Positions 17,098 to 26,934 of a stretch of 64,000 nt of DNA are shown here, one piece after another (within the stretch, counting starts at the first letter, position 1; each line of letters begins with the position of its first letter). This stretch comes from Patescibacteria group bacterium (GTDB lineage: Bacteria > Patescibacteriota > Patescibacteriia > 2-02-FULL-49-11), in assembly GCA_041645165.1 (NCBI GenBank), contig JBAZQN010000009.1, positions 4,674 through 68,673 on the forward strand, in the 5' to 3' direction. The notes beneath the pieces are model-generated. The model saw only the letters and a list, made by a program, of their open reading frames with translations. It ran no database searches and was not told the origin of the DNA. The position numbers and the translations under genes are program-made.

Positions 17098-18354
17098 ATG
17101 GTACCTATCTTCAAACGCTGGTTGCTGCGTGCGAGCATCATATTGAGCGTGATCGGTCCGGGTATTATTTCCGGGGCGGCGGATAATGATGCGGGTGGCA
17201 TTACGACCTATTCGATTGTCGGCGCCCATTACGGGTACCAGATGCTTTGGCTTCTTCCCCTCGTCGGGCTTGTGCTCTGGCTTACGCAGGACATGGGTGC
17301 GCGTCTTGGGCTTGTAACGGGCAAGGGTCTTGCGGCCCTTATTCGGGAAAATTTCAGCATTCGGCTCACGGTGATCGTCATTGTGCTTACCGCCATATCA
17401 AACTGGATGAATATTGTGGCGGAATTTGCCGGCGTCGCATCAGTCGCGCATCTCTACCATATTCCCAAGACGCTTCTCGTGGCGATTGCCGCCTCCGCCA
17501 TATCATTCGTTGTAATAAAAGGTAATTTTCAGATAGTCCAGCGCGTATTTCTTACTTCATCCTTACTATATCTTGCGTATGTCATCGCAGGATTGAAAGC
17601 AAATCCTGATTGGGCGGCGATAGCCAGTGGTTCATTTATTCCTCATTTTTCAATGGAGCACGGGTTTTTGTTTACTGCCATTGCCTTAGTGGGGACCACC
17701 GTGACCGCCTGGGGGCAGTTTTTTATTCAATCGTATTATGTGGATAAGGGAGTGAAGGATGCGGATATTAAATTAATGAGGTGGGATATCACTGCAGGCA
17801 CTTTGTGGACTATCGTGGTTGCTTTTTTTATTGTCGTTGCCACTGCGAGCACGCTTTACCCAAAGGGTATCCAGATCAATGATGCCGCGCAAGCGGCTGC
17901 GGCCTTAGAGCCCTTTGCAGGATATCTCGCCAAGCACCTGTTTGCGTGGGGATTGCTTAACGCGTCGCTTTTGGGGGCGGGCGTGGTTACCATTGCGACG
18001 TCATATCTCATCACAGAGGCTTTTGGATGGGAAGGGAAGGTGGATTTGGGATTGCGTGAATCTCCCGCGTTTTATAAATTGTTCCTTTTTTTTATCATCA
18101 CCGCAGGGCTCTTCGTGCTGATTCCCTCAATACCCCTCGTGCCGACCATCGTGTTTTCCCAAGCGCTCAATGCCATGGTGCTCCCTCTGCTTTTTATCTG
18201 CATGATGGTTCTCTTAAACAGAAAAGATATTATGGGAATGAAAACAAATTCCCGCCTAAACAACGTGTTAGTCCTTGCCGCAATTTTATTGGTGAGCGCA
18301 CTCAATGTCAGTTATTGTTATGCGCTCGTTTCGAAATTTTTCAAAATACTATAA
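17098..18354 (+). CDS. NRAMP (SLC11)-related divalent cation transporter, non-canonical, possibly NRMT-like
   Basis: TM1-like GPGIISGAADNDAGGITTYS...HYGYQMLWLL resembles the NRAMP DPGN region, but DPGN and MPH are replaced; 11-12 predicted TM segments; start taken at the first ATG inside ORF 17005-18354. Confidence 0.7.
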   Translation: MVPIFKRWLLRASIILSVIGPGIISGAADNDAGGITTYSIVGAHYGYQMLWLLPLVGLVLWLTQDMGARLGLVTGKGLAALIRENFSIRLTVIVIVLTAISNWMNIVAEFAGVASVAHLYHIPKTLLVAIAASAISFVVIKGNFQIVQRVFLTSSLLYLAYVIAGLKANPDWAAIASGSFIPHFSMEHGFLFTAIALVGTTVTAWGQFFIQSYYVDKGVKDADIKLMRWDITAGTLWTIVVAFFIVVATASTLYPKGIQINDAAQAAAALEPFAGYLAKHLFAWGLLNASLLGAGVVTIATSYLITEAFGWEGKVDLGLRESPAFYKLFLFFIITAGLFVLIPSIPLVPTIVFSQALNAMVLPLLFICMMVLLNRKDIMGMKTNSRLNNVLVLAAILLVSALNVSYCYALVSKFFKIL

Positions 18355-18494
18355 CATTTTACTAAACAATATTTTTCCGGACCTGCAAGTCTATACAGGT
18401 TCTTTTTTTTATGCTATACTGCTCTGTTACGTAATAAAAAAAGCGCATTTTGGTCGATGCGCAATTAATACAAATATAAACAAACACCATTTTT

Positions 18495-18932
18495 ATGTTT
18501 ATTAAAAAAATATTACATTGGATCGGTTATTTCGCGGTGTTGGGCTCATTTACGCTCATCATGATTGTGGGACCAGGGAAATTCACCTCGATTGAGGAGG
18601 TCCTGGCCCAAGGCTTTGATGATGTGGCGGAAGGTGAGCTTTTTATATTGTCTGATGTGCCTTCAAGTGGGCATCCGTCTCTGCGGCTCTCGCAACGCGA
18701 GCAAGTATGCCGCATAAAAAGTGATTTATTTGAAAGGCTTGCATCAGAATTGCCAAGTTTTAACGGCAGGGAAGTGCAGATTGGCCATGCGCGTGTGAGG
18801 CTTTTGAATACTACTGGCACAAATATTGACGTGTTGGAATTTATGCGGAAGTTTCGGTTAGGGGAGGAAGACTGCATGACGGTGTCGTTTCACAGCTTTT
18901 TATATCCGTTTTTCCATGGCGGGGTGAGTTGA
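18495..18932 (+). CDS. hypothetical membrane-anchored protein
   Basis: 145-aa ORF with an N-terminal TM helix; no family recognised. Confidence 0.4.
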   Translation: MFIKKILHWIGYFAVLGSFTLIMIVGPGKFTSIEEVLAQGFDDVAEGELFILSDVPSSGHPSLRLSQREQVCRIKSDLFERLASELPSFNGREVQIGHARVRLLNTTGTNIDVLEFMRKFRLGEEDCMTVSFHSFLYPFFHGGVS

Positions 18933-18933
18933 C

Positions 18934-19074
18934 GCAAGGGATGACGGCATGAAAAGACGCAGTTGTCTCGCCCGGCGAGCGAGACACTGCTTGACTCTCG
19001 GCCTCGTTCTCCCGCATAGCGGGAACCATGCCCACTCGGCCTCCGAGACACTTTTCATTACCGTCATCCCTTGC
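18934..19074. repeat. about 140-nt multi-hairpin inverted-repeat element
   Basis: 23-nt terminal arms caagggatgacggcatgaaaag / cttttcattaccgtcatcccttg enclose the inner hairpins gtctcgc-ccggc-gagcgagac and cccgc-atag-cggg. Confidence 0.5.
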
Positions 19075-19168
19075 TGGAGTGATAAGAATTGAGACTATGA
19101 ATATACTTCAAACTTTATAGATATCTGCTCGATTTATATGAAGTCTAGTCAATAACATTTTCCTTGAT

Positions 19169-20425
19169 ATGGAAAAGGTGCTTCACAAACTATTTTACGG
19201 ATTTTTGGTCGGTGCATTGGTGGCGTCTCTCGCATTATTCCTAAATTATCAATTATCATCCGCGACAGGATATTGGAACGCCTTTGGGAGAATTTATTTT
19301 TATTTTCTTATCGCCTATACTTGGTATATATTTTTACTCCTTTTTGTGGATGATTTCCGGGTTAAGAAATACCCTGCGTATGACGGTGCGCTTATATCCG
19401 TGATCATGCCTTGTTATAATGAAACCCCGGAGCTTCTTGCGCTCTCTCTCCGTTCCATTATGGAGGCGCGGGGCAATATGGAGATAATCATAGTCGACGA
19501 CGGGTCGACAAATGCCACAAAAGATACCCTTGCAAGGCTTGAAGGTTATGCGAACATTCGGGTGCACCGTTTTCCTGCCAATAAAGGGAAACGCCATGCG
19601 CTCCATTACGCGGTAACGCATCTGGTAAAAGGAGAGTTCGTGGCATGCGTCGACAGCGATACGGTAGTGGACCGAGATGCGCTGACGCGCGTGGTGGAGC
19701 CGCTTTTGGATCCCTCGGTCGGCGCATCCACTGGCGATGTGCGGCTATTGAATGAACGCACGAATTGGCTGACGCGCATGGTAGGCGCGTATTACTGGGT
19801 AGGATTGAATATTTATAAACGCGCGCAGTCTGCGCTTGGCATCGTGGTATGCTGCAGCGGATGCCTTTCCGCCTACCGGCAGGAAACACTTTTAAAGATT
19901 ATTGATGAATTTGTCGCGCAGGAATTTTTCAATGAGCCGTGCACCCATTCCGAAGACCGGCACTTGACCAATCTCGTCTTAAAGCAGGGGTACAGGGTGG
20001 TTTACCAGGACCGCGCAGTAAGCTATACCCATACGCCTGATACGCTCAAAGGGTTTCTCAAACAGCAGCAGCGCTGGAAAAGGGGTTACGTGCGCGAATC
20101 TATTTATACGCTCTCATGGGCGTGGCGCACGAGAAAAATTCTCTTCTTCGAAATCATCCTCTGGGATTTGACACTCACCTTTCTCTCGCTCGGGATCCGT
20201 GTCGCGTCGCTTCTTCTCTTCATCACCCAGCCGCTTTTCTTCATCCGGTTCATACTGCCCGGTTGGCTCTACTTCATGAGCGTGCGGTACGTCTTCATGC
20301 TCTTTTATGCGCCCCAAAAAATCCTCGGCCTTATCTACTACACGTTCCTCTATGAATTCGTGCTCTATTGGCAGAATATCATCGCGCTCTTTACCCTGAA
20401 AAATAAGAGCTGGATTACGAGATAA
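19169..20425 (+). CDS. processive family-2 glycosyltransferase (NodC/HAS/cellulose-synthase-like), integral membrane
   Basis: IIVDDGSTN, DSD, ED and the QQQRWKRG (QxxRW) motif; TM helices at both ends. Confidence 0.8.
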   Translation: MEKVLHKLFYGFLVGALVASLALFLNYQLSSATGYWNAFGRIYFYFLIAYTWYIFLLLFVDDFRVKKYPAYDGALISVIMPCYNETPELLALSLRSIMEARGNMEIIIVDDGSTNATKDTLARLEGYANIRVHRFPANKGKRHALHYAVTHLVKGEFVACVDSDTVVDRDALTRVVEPLLDPSVGASTGDVRLLNERTNWLTRMVGAYYWVGLNIYKRAQSALGIVVCCSGCLSAYRQETLLKIIDEFVAQEFFNEPCTHSEDRHLTNLVLKQGYRVVYQDRAVSYTHTPDTLKGFLKQQQRWKRGYVRESIYTLSWAWRTRKILFFEIILWDLTLTFLSLGIRVASLLLFITQPLFFIRFILPGWLYFMSVRYVFMLFYAPQKILGLIYYTFLYEFVLYWQNIIALFTLKNKSWITR

Positions 20426-20577
20426 CCTCTATAATTCTGTTTAAATATGGATTTCATTGAACAAGAGCAATCCTGTTTTTGTGTCATGTAGGTTGCTTTT
20501 TCCCGCAGATCATGTAAAATCGTTGAGAATAAATAATGTTCGTTGACAATTTCCATTCAACAAAGAAAGGCAAAGAC

Positions 20578-22170
20578 ATGAAAAGATTTGCTTTATTACT
20601 GGGGATGTTAATCTCCTTGCAGTCGTATGCAATTCAAAGGTTGCAGGTCGAGGTTAAGGGGGATAGTGTCTGGATGAAGTGTAAAAATTCAGTCCAGACC
20701 TTCTACACTCCCGGCTATCATTCTGCTGATAGCACATTGGGAGTGCTCACCTTCGATTCCGTTGCAGTTCGGCTGCCCGAATTGGGGAGAAATAATTCCT
20801 GTGGGCAGCATGATGGGATTGGATTGTATCATCTCACTTCGGGCTTGGTGCCGGAAAAATTTGGTGATAATTTACAAGTCACCTTTCGTGCATCAGGTAA
20901 GGTGATTTTTTGTCGAGGGGAGATCTTTAGAGAAGAGGCGGAATTGGAATTTCCCAATCTCTTCACGGCGCGGGAATTCCCGATATTCTGGGCTGATTCA
21001 ACGAATTATTCGGTGGATTATTTTCCGCTGAATAATCTAGATACTGTCAGGACAGTCTTTATCTGGACTGATAGTGGGAAGGCACTTTTAGATTCTGCAC
21101 GAATTCTTATTGCGGAGGCAATCCGGGAGGTGGGGAACTACGCGCCTCAATTTTGGCATAAACATCTGCAGAATTGGGGAGGATCGCATTACACATTGAC
21201 TGTAATGTTGGGAACTCCCTACATCGGTTTGGAGCATTTGAATACTCCATTTGCTGGTGTGTCAAAGGAATACTTACCACTGTTAAAACCACTTATAGTT
21301 CACGAAATGTTTCATAGTTTCGTGGGCAAAAGTCTAATGCCCGCCTCATACGTAAATCTTGTGGGATACCATCCTACCGATGCCCTCGGCTTTTATGAAG
21401 GTTTAACGACTTTCATAAGTCAGCGTTATACAATATTTCCCGTCGAGTTCATACAGGATTTGACATATTCTTGGATGAGGACAGATATGTCCAAGGGGCG
21501 AGACTTAATTGAATTAAGTTACGTACCAGGAGAATTAGAATCCCCCTACTGGAATGGAAGGATATTTTGGATCGCCATGATTGGGAAAATAAATATTGAT
21601 GATTGGTTGGAGTGGATGTTCGAGAAAAAATTAATCGATCGTAATATTCCAATTTCAGTCAGCATGGATTCTATATATACATGGCTAAGCGACTATAAAG
21701 CAGGTGTTGGGGATTATGCTCAACGAATTATCCATGGTGAATATTATCATGATGCTGATTCGTTACTTCAGTATCATGGATATCGAAAAACATATCTCCG
21801 TGATTATAGCATTAACTATATAGGCCCTTACTATTGGAGGGACGGGAAGGTTGGAGGATACATTTATGAGGGTATGGATCAGTATCATTTACCCTTAGAC
21901 TATAAATTTAGTTGTATCCTTAGCGGAAGTGATTCGCTATCTTTAGGTCCAAACGGTGACGGTATGAAATTATTGCGACAATTTCCTGATAGTTTATTTT
22001 CTGTCCTAGTTACCTCTTCACGGGGGAGGGAAGTGATAAAGCTTTCTAAAAATTTATATTTCCCTTCTGGGGAATCTTATTACTTTGAGGGCAAGATACA
22101 TTTTGCCCAGGTGCCCCTTGCGAGGCGGGAAGAGACCCTAAAATTCTGGCGGCAGTTGGTCCGCCAGTAA
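20578..22170 (+). CDS. secreted protein with a HExxH motif (putative zincin-like metallopeptidase)
   Basis: Signal peptide MKRFALLLGMLISLQSYA; IVHEMFHSF; start placed at the signal-peptide Met. Confidence 0.5.
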   Translation: MKRFALLLGMLISLQSYAIQRLQVEVKGDSVWMKCKNSVQTFYTPGYHSADSTLGVLTFDSVAVRLPELGRNNSCGQHDGIGLYHLTSGLVPEKFGDNLQVTFRASGKVIFCRGEIFREEAELEFPNLFTAREFPIFWADSTNYSVDYFPLNNLDTVRTVFIWTDSGKALLDSARILIAEAIREVGNYAPQFWHKHLQNWGGSHYTLTVMLGTPYIGLEHLNTPFAGVSKEYLPLLKPLIVHEMFHSFVGKSLMPASYVNLVGYHPTDALGFYEGLTTFISQRYTIFPVEFIQDLTYSWMRTDMSKGRDLIELSYVPGELESPYWNGRIFWIAMIGKINIDDWLEWMFEKKLIDRNIPISVSMDSIYTWLSDYKAGVGDYAQRIIHGEYYHDADSLLQYHGYRKTYLRDYSINYIGPYYWRDGKVGGYIYEGMDQYHLPLDYKFSCILSGSDSLSLGPNGDGMKLLRQFPDSLFSVLVTSSRGREVIKLSKNLYFPSGESYYFEGKIHFAQVPLARREETLKFWRQLVRQ

Positions 22171-22266
22171 AAAGAATTAACGTGAAAGGATTTGGAAAGG
22201 GCCTTAGATTAAAAACCTAAGGCTTTTCAAATTGTCGAAAATGCTGGAGAAGGGTATAATACCATT

Positions 22267-23235
22267 ATGCAAAAGAGTTTTTATCGGAAAAGGCAGCACA
22301 TAGAAACTTCATGGGATGAGTCGGCGCAGTGGTACCACGGGCTGGTGGGCGAGAAGGGGATGGAGCTCCAAAGAGCGGTCGTGTTCCCACAGGCGCTTCG
22401 GTTGCTTCATTTGCAGCCTCACGAGAGGCTGCTTGATGTCGCGTGCGGGCAAGGCGCGTTTTGCCGGGAAGCGGTGCGTTATTGTAGAGAGATCGCAGGT
22501 ATAGATGCATCACCGCAGTTGATTGCATTAGCTCGCAATAATTTTTTATATCGGAATTCTAATCTTACATCCAAGGAAACCTCCCCTCACATCCCCTCCT
22601 TCGTAAGGAGGGGAGGGGGTGGTCTCGTTAATATATCAAAAAAAATTAAATATTATGTAGGCGACGCAAGGAAATTGCCAAAGGAAGTGGTAGGGGAGCG
22701 TTTTGACGCCATTTCATGCATACTTGCCATTTCAAATATTGATCCCATAAAACCCGTATTTGAAGAATGCAAGAAAATTTTAAAACCGTCAGGCCGCTTG
22801 GTGCTGGTGGTTGCGCACCCCTGTTTCCGCATCCCGCGGCAGAGCGGGTGGGGGTGGGACGAGCAGAGGAAGCTGCAGTACCGGAGGGTTGACCGCTATT
22901 TGAGTGAAATGAAAATTCCCATTCAAATGCATCCGGGAGGGCGTTCGCACGAGGTGACGTGGACATTTCATCGTCCGCTCGGGGTGTATATGCGCGCATT
23001 GACAGAAGCAGGTTTTGCTGTTGACGCGATGGAAGAATGGACTACCAACCGCAAAAGCACGCCCGGACCACGTGCGCGCGCAGACATGAATTCTAAACAG
23101 GAAATACCACTATTTTTAACGATGAGAGCAATCAGTGTTAATGTCAAAGCTCAAAGTTTCCCACCTCAGCGGGATCCCGCTTTCCTTGAGAATAAGAAAT
23201 CAAGGAGCGGGACAAATGCCATGGTTCGACAGTAG
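22267..23235 (+). CDS. class I SAM-dependent methyltransferase with an internal low-complexity insertion
   Basis: Motif I LDVACGQGAF; the insertion at 22578-22620 holds a perfect 9-bp-stem palindrome. Confidence 0.75.
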   Translation: MQKSFYRKRQHIETSWDESAQWYHGLVGEKGMELQRAVVFPQALRLLHLQPHERLLDVACGQGAFCREAVRYCREIAGIDASPQLIALARNNFLYRNSNLTSKETSPHIPSFVRRGGGGLVNISKKIKYYVGDARKLPKEVVGERFDAISCILAISNIDPIKPVFEECKKILKPSGRLVLVVAHPCFRIPRQSGWGWDEQRKLQYRRVDRYLSEMKIPIQMHPGGRSHEVTWTFHRPLGVYMRALTEAGFAVDAMEEWTTNRKSTPGPRARADMNSKQEIPLFLTMRAISVNVKAQSFPPQRDPAFLENKKSRSGTNAMVRQ

Positions 23236-23317
23236 TTCGACAGGCTCACTATGACATAGCTCACCATGACAAATAAGATGTGTCATCCTGAGCCGAGTCG
23301 AAGGGTTGTCATTCCTT

Positions 23318-23400
23318 TGAACTTTGTCCCGCACTATGAATTATTTTATCTAAGGTATGCGGGATCCTGCCTGAGCAGTGAGATTTTGAATTTTGAAATT
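23318..23400. repeat. GGATCC-core hairpin element, copy B
   Basis: tttgtcccgcac..gtatgcgggatcctgc..agtgagattttgaattttg aligns with copies A and C. Confidence 0.55.
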
Positions 23401-23408
23401 ATTGTGAT

Positions 23409-23936
23409 ATGACCGAACAAATTACATCAAAAGATTTTTTTAATGATGTGCTTAAATGCCAAGTGTTAGGTTTGTTTGTCCATCCCACCCGCAATACTCC
23501 GGTGGTGTTTATCGGGACTGAAGATGAGCGCATTGTGATACCAATATGGATAGGATTTTTGGAGGCGCAAGCAATCCTCTTTGCTTGGAAGAAAATCACC
23601 CCGCCCCGCCCCTTAACGGTTGACCTTCTGGTATCTCTGATTACCGAAGATTTCAATGCGGCGGTTGAAGAGGTAAAAATCCATACGTTGCAGGAGGGCA
23701 CGTATTACGCTTCTCTTGTCATTGTGTCCCGCGGAGGCGAGCGCAAGGTGAGGGACGCGCGCCCATCGGACGCGATCGCGATTGCGCTCCGCACTCATGC
23801 GTCACTCACCATAAATCCTGCGCTTCAGGATGCGACCGCGCATGAACAGAAGGATGCCAAAGCGCTTCTTGATTTCCTTCGGCTTGAGCATGAAGATCAG
23901 CAGGATACCCTTCAAGAGGAACAAAGTTTATCATAA
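23409..23936 (+). CDS. bifunctional nuclease (BFN/DUF151) family protein
   Basis: The segment VVFIGTEDERIVIPIWIGFLEAQAI..PRPLTVDL.. matches the DUF151 core as I recall it; 175 aa. Confidence 0.65.
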   Translation: MTEQITSKDFFNDVLKCQVLGLFVHPTRNTPVVFIGTEDERIVIPIWIGFLEAQAILFAWKKITPPRPLTVDLLVSLITEDFNAAVEEVKIHTLQEGTYYASLVIVSRGGERKVRDARPSDAIAIALRTHASLTINPALQDATAHEQKDAKALLDFLRLEHEDQQDTLQEEQSLS

Positions 23937-24261
23937 ATAATTGTATAGGAATTTCAATAAGCGTTAAGTCGCATATCATGTGGCGACAGGTGGCTCCTTA
24001 TCCCATCAGTAGAGGCTAGTTTACACTAGCACCATGCCAGTTTACGCAACAAAAGTACGGAGTTTAATTTAGTGCATTATTTTTGAATTTTTGGTTTAAT
24101 GCAACTATGCCAAGTAATACTACATTCAAGAGGGAGGCAGGATCTATGCACTTATTTGTTGGGAATATAATTTAGCGAAAACATATTAGCCCTATAAAAT
24201 TCGCTCAGTAAAAGAAGAAAATATAAATTAAATTCACCCAAAGCATGGATATAATATAAAT

Positions 24262-24826
24262 ATGCGACGCAAAGGTTTTACCTTGATAGAATTATTAGTG
24301 GCGATCTCCACATCGGCCTTTTGGCGACTTTGGCCGTCACCAGCTTGAATAACGCCAGGGTTAAGGCCAGAGACGCGAGGAGATTGGGCGATATTGACAG
24401 CATCAAAAGGCGCTTGATCTAATGTATGATGATCACGGTAATTATGCGATATCATGCACCGGAACCAGAATTGCGACCTGTAATATGCAGCCGTATCTTG
24501 AGTCCGTAAATGTGCTCGATCCCTTAAAATCAACTACAGCGTGTAATGGCGCTAATTCAAGTGACTGCGATTATTCATTCTTATTTCGTTTACCCACTGG
24601 GCAACATTACTTAATTTATTTTCGCTTAGAGGGCGCAACCAGCCTTGGCAATAGCGGGCCGACAAATTGCGCGACTAATGAGGAAATGACTATTTGCGCC
24701 GATGATTTATCCATGGCTGGCTGTAATTTGAAAGATGTGTCTTACAATCCTGAGTGCGCTGTTGTTGATTTTGATAAAGATGGTATAATTAGCAGGGCGT
24801 CAGAACTTGCCGCTTATAGCCAATAA
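24262..24826 (+). pseudogene. disrupted type IV pilin-like gene, first member of the tandem array
   Basis: Intact prepilin N-terminus [13 protein letters not shown], then a 1-nt deletion frameshift near 24300-24316, an in-frame TAA at 24420-24422 and a second frame change; ORF 24422-24826 matches the C-terminal halves of the downstream paralogs. Confidence 0.6.
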
Positions 24827-24894
24827 ATATAATTTTTTAACCAATTTCCTTGAGAGTTTATTTATCGCTAACCCTAATACATAATACAAAAATT

Positions 24895-24970
24895 ATATGT
24901 TAGACATCAACAGATTCGCTCGGGAAAAGAAGCAATTAAAGTTCACCCAAAGTATGGGTATAAAATAAAT
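24895..24970 (+). promoter_or_regulatory. conserved about 76-nt pilin leader/promoter region, copy 1
   Basis: atatgttagacatcaacagattcgctcgggaaaagaagcaattaaagttcacccaaagtatgggtataaaataaat is nearly identical to 26241-26322 and partly conserved at 24200-24261; ends in a tataaaat -10-like box. Confidence 0.55.
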
Positions 24971-25561
24971 ATGCGACGCAAAGGTTTTACATTGATAGAG
25001 TTATTAGTTGTCACTAGCATTATTGGTTTGCTGGCAACTTCAGCCGTGGTAGCGCTAAATAATGCGAGGCAGAAAGCCAGAGATACGGCGCGGTTGAGTA
25101 CTGTAGATAAAATTAGAAAAATAATGTCATATAAACTTAATAATAATGATGTAAATTTTGGTTGCAGCGCTGTTGACACTACTTATCCGGTTTATACCTG
25201 TTCAACTTTTCCAGAATATGTGGCAAATTTAGAAACTTTTAAAGATCCGACTAAGCCAACAGAAGCGTGTAATGGCACAAATACAACTAATTGTAATTAC
25301 GCTTTTAATTATAATCCATACAGAGGAACAATCTATCTTTTATATTTTAGATTAGAAGGCCCAACCATTTTAGGCAATACTGGTGCGATTAATTGCGTTG
25401 CCACGCCAACAGGTATGGCTTGCGGGACTGATATTTCAATTTTTGGTTGTAGCAGTTCGTGCAGTGGGAGCTCAAACTGGAGCTATTGTTCTATATTTGA
25501 TTTTAACGGCAGTGGGTGCGTGGATGCAAACGATAGGTCTTATACTTGGAATAATAGATAA
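24971..25561 (+). CDS. type IV pilin-like protein (prepilin, class III signal), Cys-rich
   Basis: MRRKG|FTLIELLVV with Glu at +5; the N-terminal hydrophobic helix is followed by a Cys-rich globular domain. Confidence 0.8.
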   Translation: MRRKGFTLIELLVVTSIIGLLATSAVVALNNARQKARDTARLSTVDKIRKIMSYKLNNNDVNFGCSAVDTTYPVYTCSTFPEYVANLETFKDPTKPTEACNGTNTTNCNYAFNYNPYRGTIYLLYFRLEGPTILGNTGAINCVATPTGMACGTDISIFGCSSSCSGSSNWSYCSIFDFNGSGCVDANDRSYTWNNR

Positions 25562-25586
25562 TATTCTTTTATAAAACTTAATAAAT

Positions 25587-26198
25587 ATGCGACGCAAAGG
25601 TTTTACATTGATAGAGTTATTAGTTGTCACTGGCATTATTGGTTTGCTGGCAACTTTGGCCGTGGTGGCGCTAAATAATGCGAGGCAGAAAGCCAGGGAT
25701 ACTAAAAGATTAGTTGACATTAATGCTATTAGAAAAGCCATGGCTTTTAAATTTGATAATAATGAAGTTGGTGATTATCAGTGCGACGAGGCGCGCGGTC
25801 CAAGTAATGCTTGGGTTTTTCCAGTTTATACTTGTGATGGGCTTGCCTCTTATCTGCCAAGATTTGCTAATATTAAGGATCCTTTAAATACTGATAATCC
25901 TTGCGATGGAACTAATACAGATGGTTGTAATTATGCCTTTTATAACCCACCATATAGCGGTACTGCTTATTTAATTTATTTTCATTTAGAAGGTAGCACT
26001 AAGTTGGGTAACAGTGGTGCAGCTAATTGTGTGGCGACAGCTAGCAATTATTCATGTGCTGATAATGTCTCTTTTTTCTATTATTGCAGTAATACTTGTC
26101 AAGGTGATCAAAAGTGGCAGACATGTTCTATTTATGATGCTAATGGCAGTGGTTGCATTGACGCCAATGATAGATCATATTTTTGGAATAATAGATAA
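25587..26198 (+). CDS. type IV pilin-like protein, paralog 3
   Basis: Same prepilin N-terminus; about 97% identical to paralog 4; the 25-nt spacer after paralog 2 suggests co-transcription. Confidence 0.8.
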   Translation: MRRKGFTLIELLVVTGIIGLLATLAVVALNNARQKARDTKRLVDINAIRKAMAFKFDNNEVGDYQCDEARGPSNAWVFPVYTCDGLASYLPRFANIKDPLNTDNPCDGTNTDGCNYAFYNPPYSGTAYLIYFHLEGSTKLGNSGAANCVATASNYSCADNVSFFYYCSNTCQGDQKWQTCSIYDANGSGCIDANDRSYFWNNR

Positions 26199-26240
26199 AT
26201 TTTTTTCATAAGACTTAATTTATTATTACTTTTTTAAATC

Positions 26241-26322
26241 ATATGTTAGACATCAACAGATTCGCTCGGGAAAAGAAGCAATTAAAATTAAAGTTCACCC
26301 AAAGCATGGGTATAAAATAAAT
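26241..26322 (+). promoter_or_regulatory. conserved pilin leader/promoter region, copy 2
   Basis: Duplicate of 24895-24970 with a 6-nt insertion. Confidence 0.55.
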
Positions 26323-26934
26323 ATGCGACATAAAGGTTTTACATTGATAGAGTTATTAGTTGTCACTGGCATTATTGGCTTGCTGGCAACTTTGGCCGTG
26401 GTGGCGCTAAATAATGCGAGGCAGAAAGCCAGGGATACTAAAAGATTAGTTGACATTAATGCTATTAGAAAAGCCATGGCTTTTAAATTTGATAATAATG
26501 AAGTTGGTGATTATCAGTGTGACGCGGCGCGCGGTCCCAGTGATATTTGGGTTTATCCAGTTTATACTTGTGATGGGCTTGCCTCTTATCTGCCAAGATT
26601 TGCTAATATTAAGGATCCTTTAAATACTGATAATCCTTGCGATGGAACTAATACAGATGGTTGTAATTACGCCTTTAATTCTCCACCATATAGCGGCACT
26701 GCTTACTTAATTTATTTTCATTTAGAAGGTAGCACTAAGTTGGGTAACAGTGGTGCAGCTAATTGTGTGGCGACAGCTAGCAATTATTCATGTGCTGATA
26801 ATGTTTCTTTTTTCTATTATTGCAGTAATACTTGTCAAGGTGATCAAAAGTGGCAGACATGTTCTATTTATGATGGCGATGGTAGTGGTTGCATTGACGC
26901 CAATGACAGATCATATTTTTGGAATAATAGATAA
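26323..26934 (+). CDS. type IV pilin-like protein, paralog 4
   Basis: MRHKG|FTLIELLVV; near-duplicate of paralog 3, with differences clustered in three short patches. Confidence 0.8.
   Translation: MRHKGFTLIELLVVTGIIGLLATLAVVALNNARQKARDTKRLVDINAIRKAMAFKFDNNEVGDYQCDAARGPSDIWVYPVYTCDGLASYLPRFANIKDPLNTDNPCDGTNTDGCNYAFNSPPYSGTAYLIYFHLEGSTKLGNSGAANCVATASNYSCADNVSFFYYCSNTCQGDQKWQTCSIYDGDGSGCIDANDRSYFWNNR

Noticed and set aside
24234-26477. Minus-strand ORFs 24234-24533, 24943-25179, 25472-25741 and 26295-26477, all sharing ...[17 protein letters not shown]...
   Set aside because: They are antisense shadows of the conserved pilin N-terminal coding region and leader, repeated because the plus-strand genes are paralogs. 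Not independent genes.
25587-26934. Diversity-generating retroelement as the source of the pilin paralog 3/4 differences
   Set aside because: The substitutions are not adenine-specific (a->c, a->g, g->a, c->t, t->a all occur). No reverse transcriptase or template repeat is present. Ordinary divergence or gene conversion is more likely.
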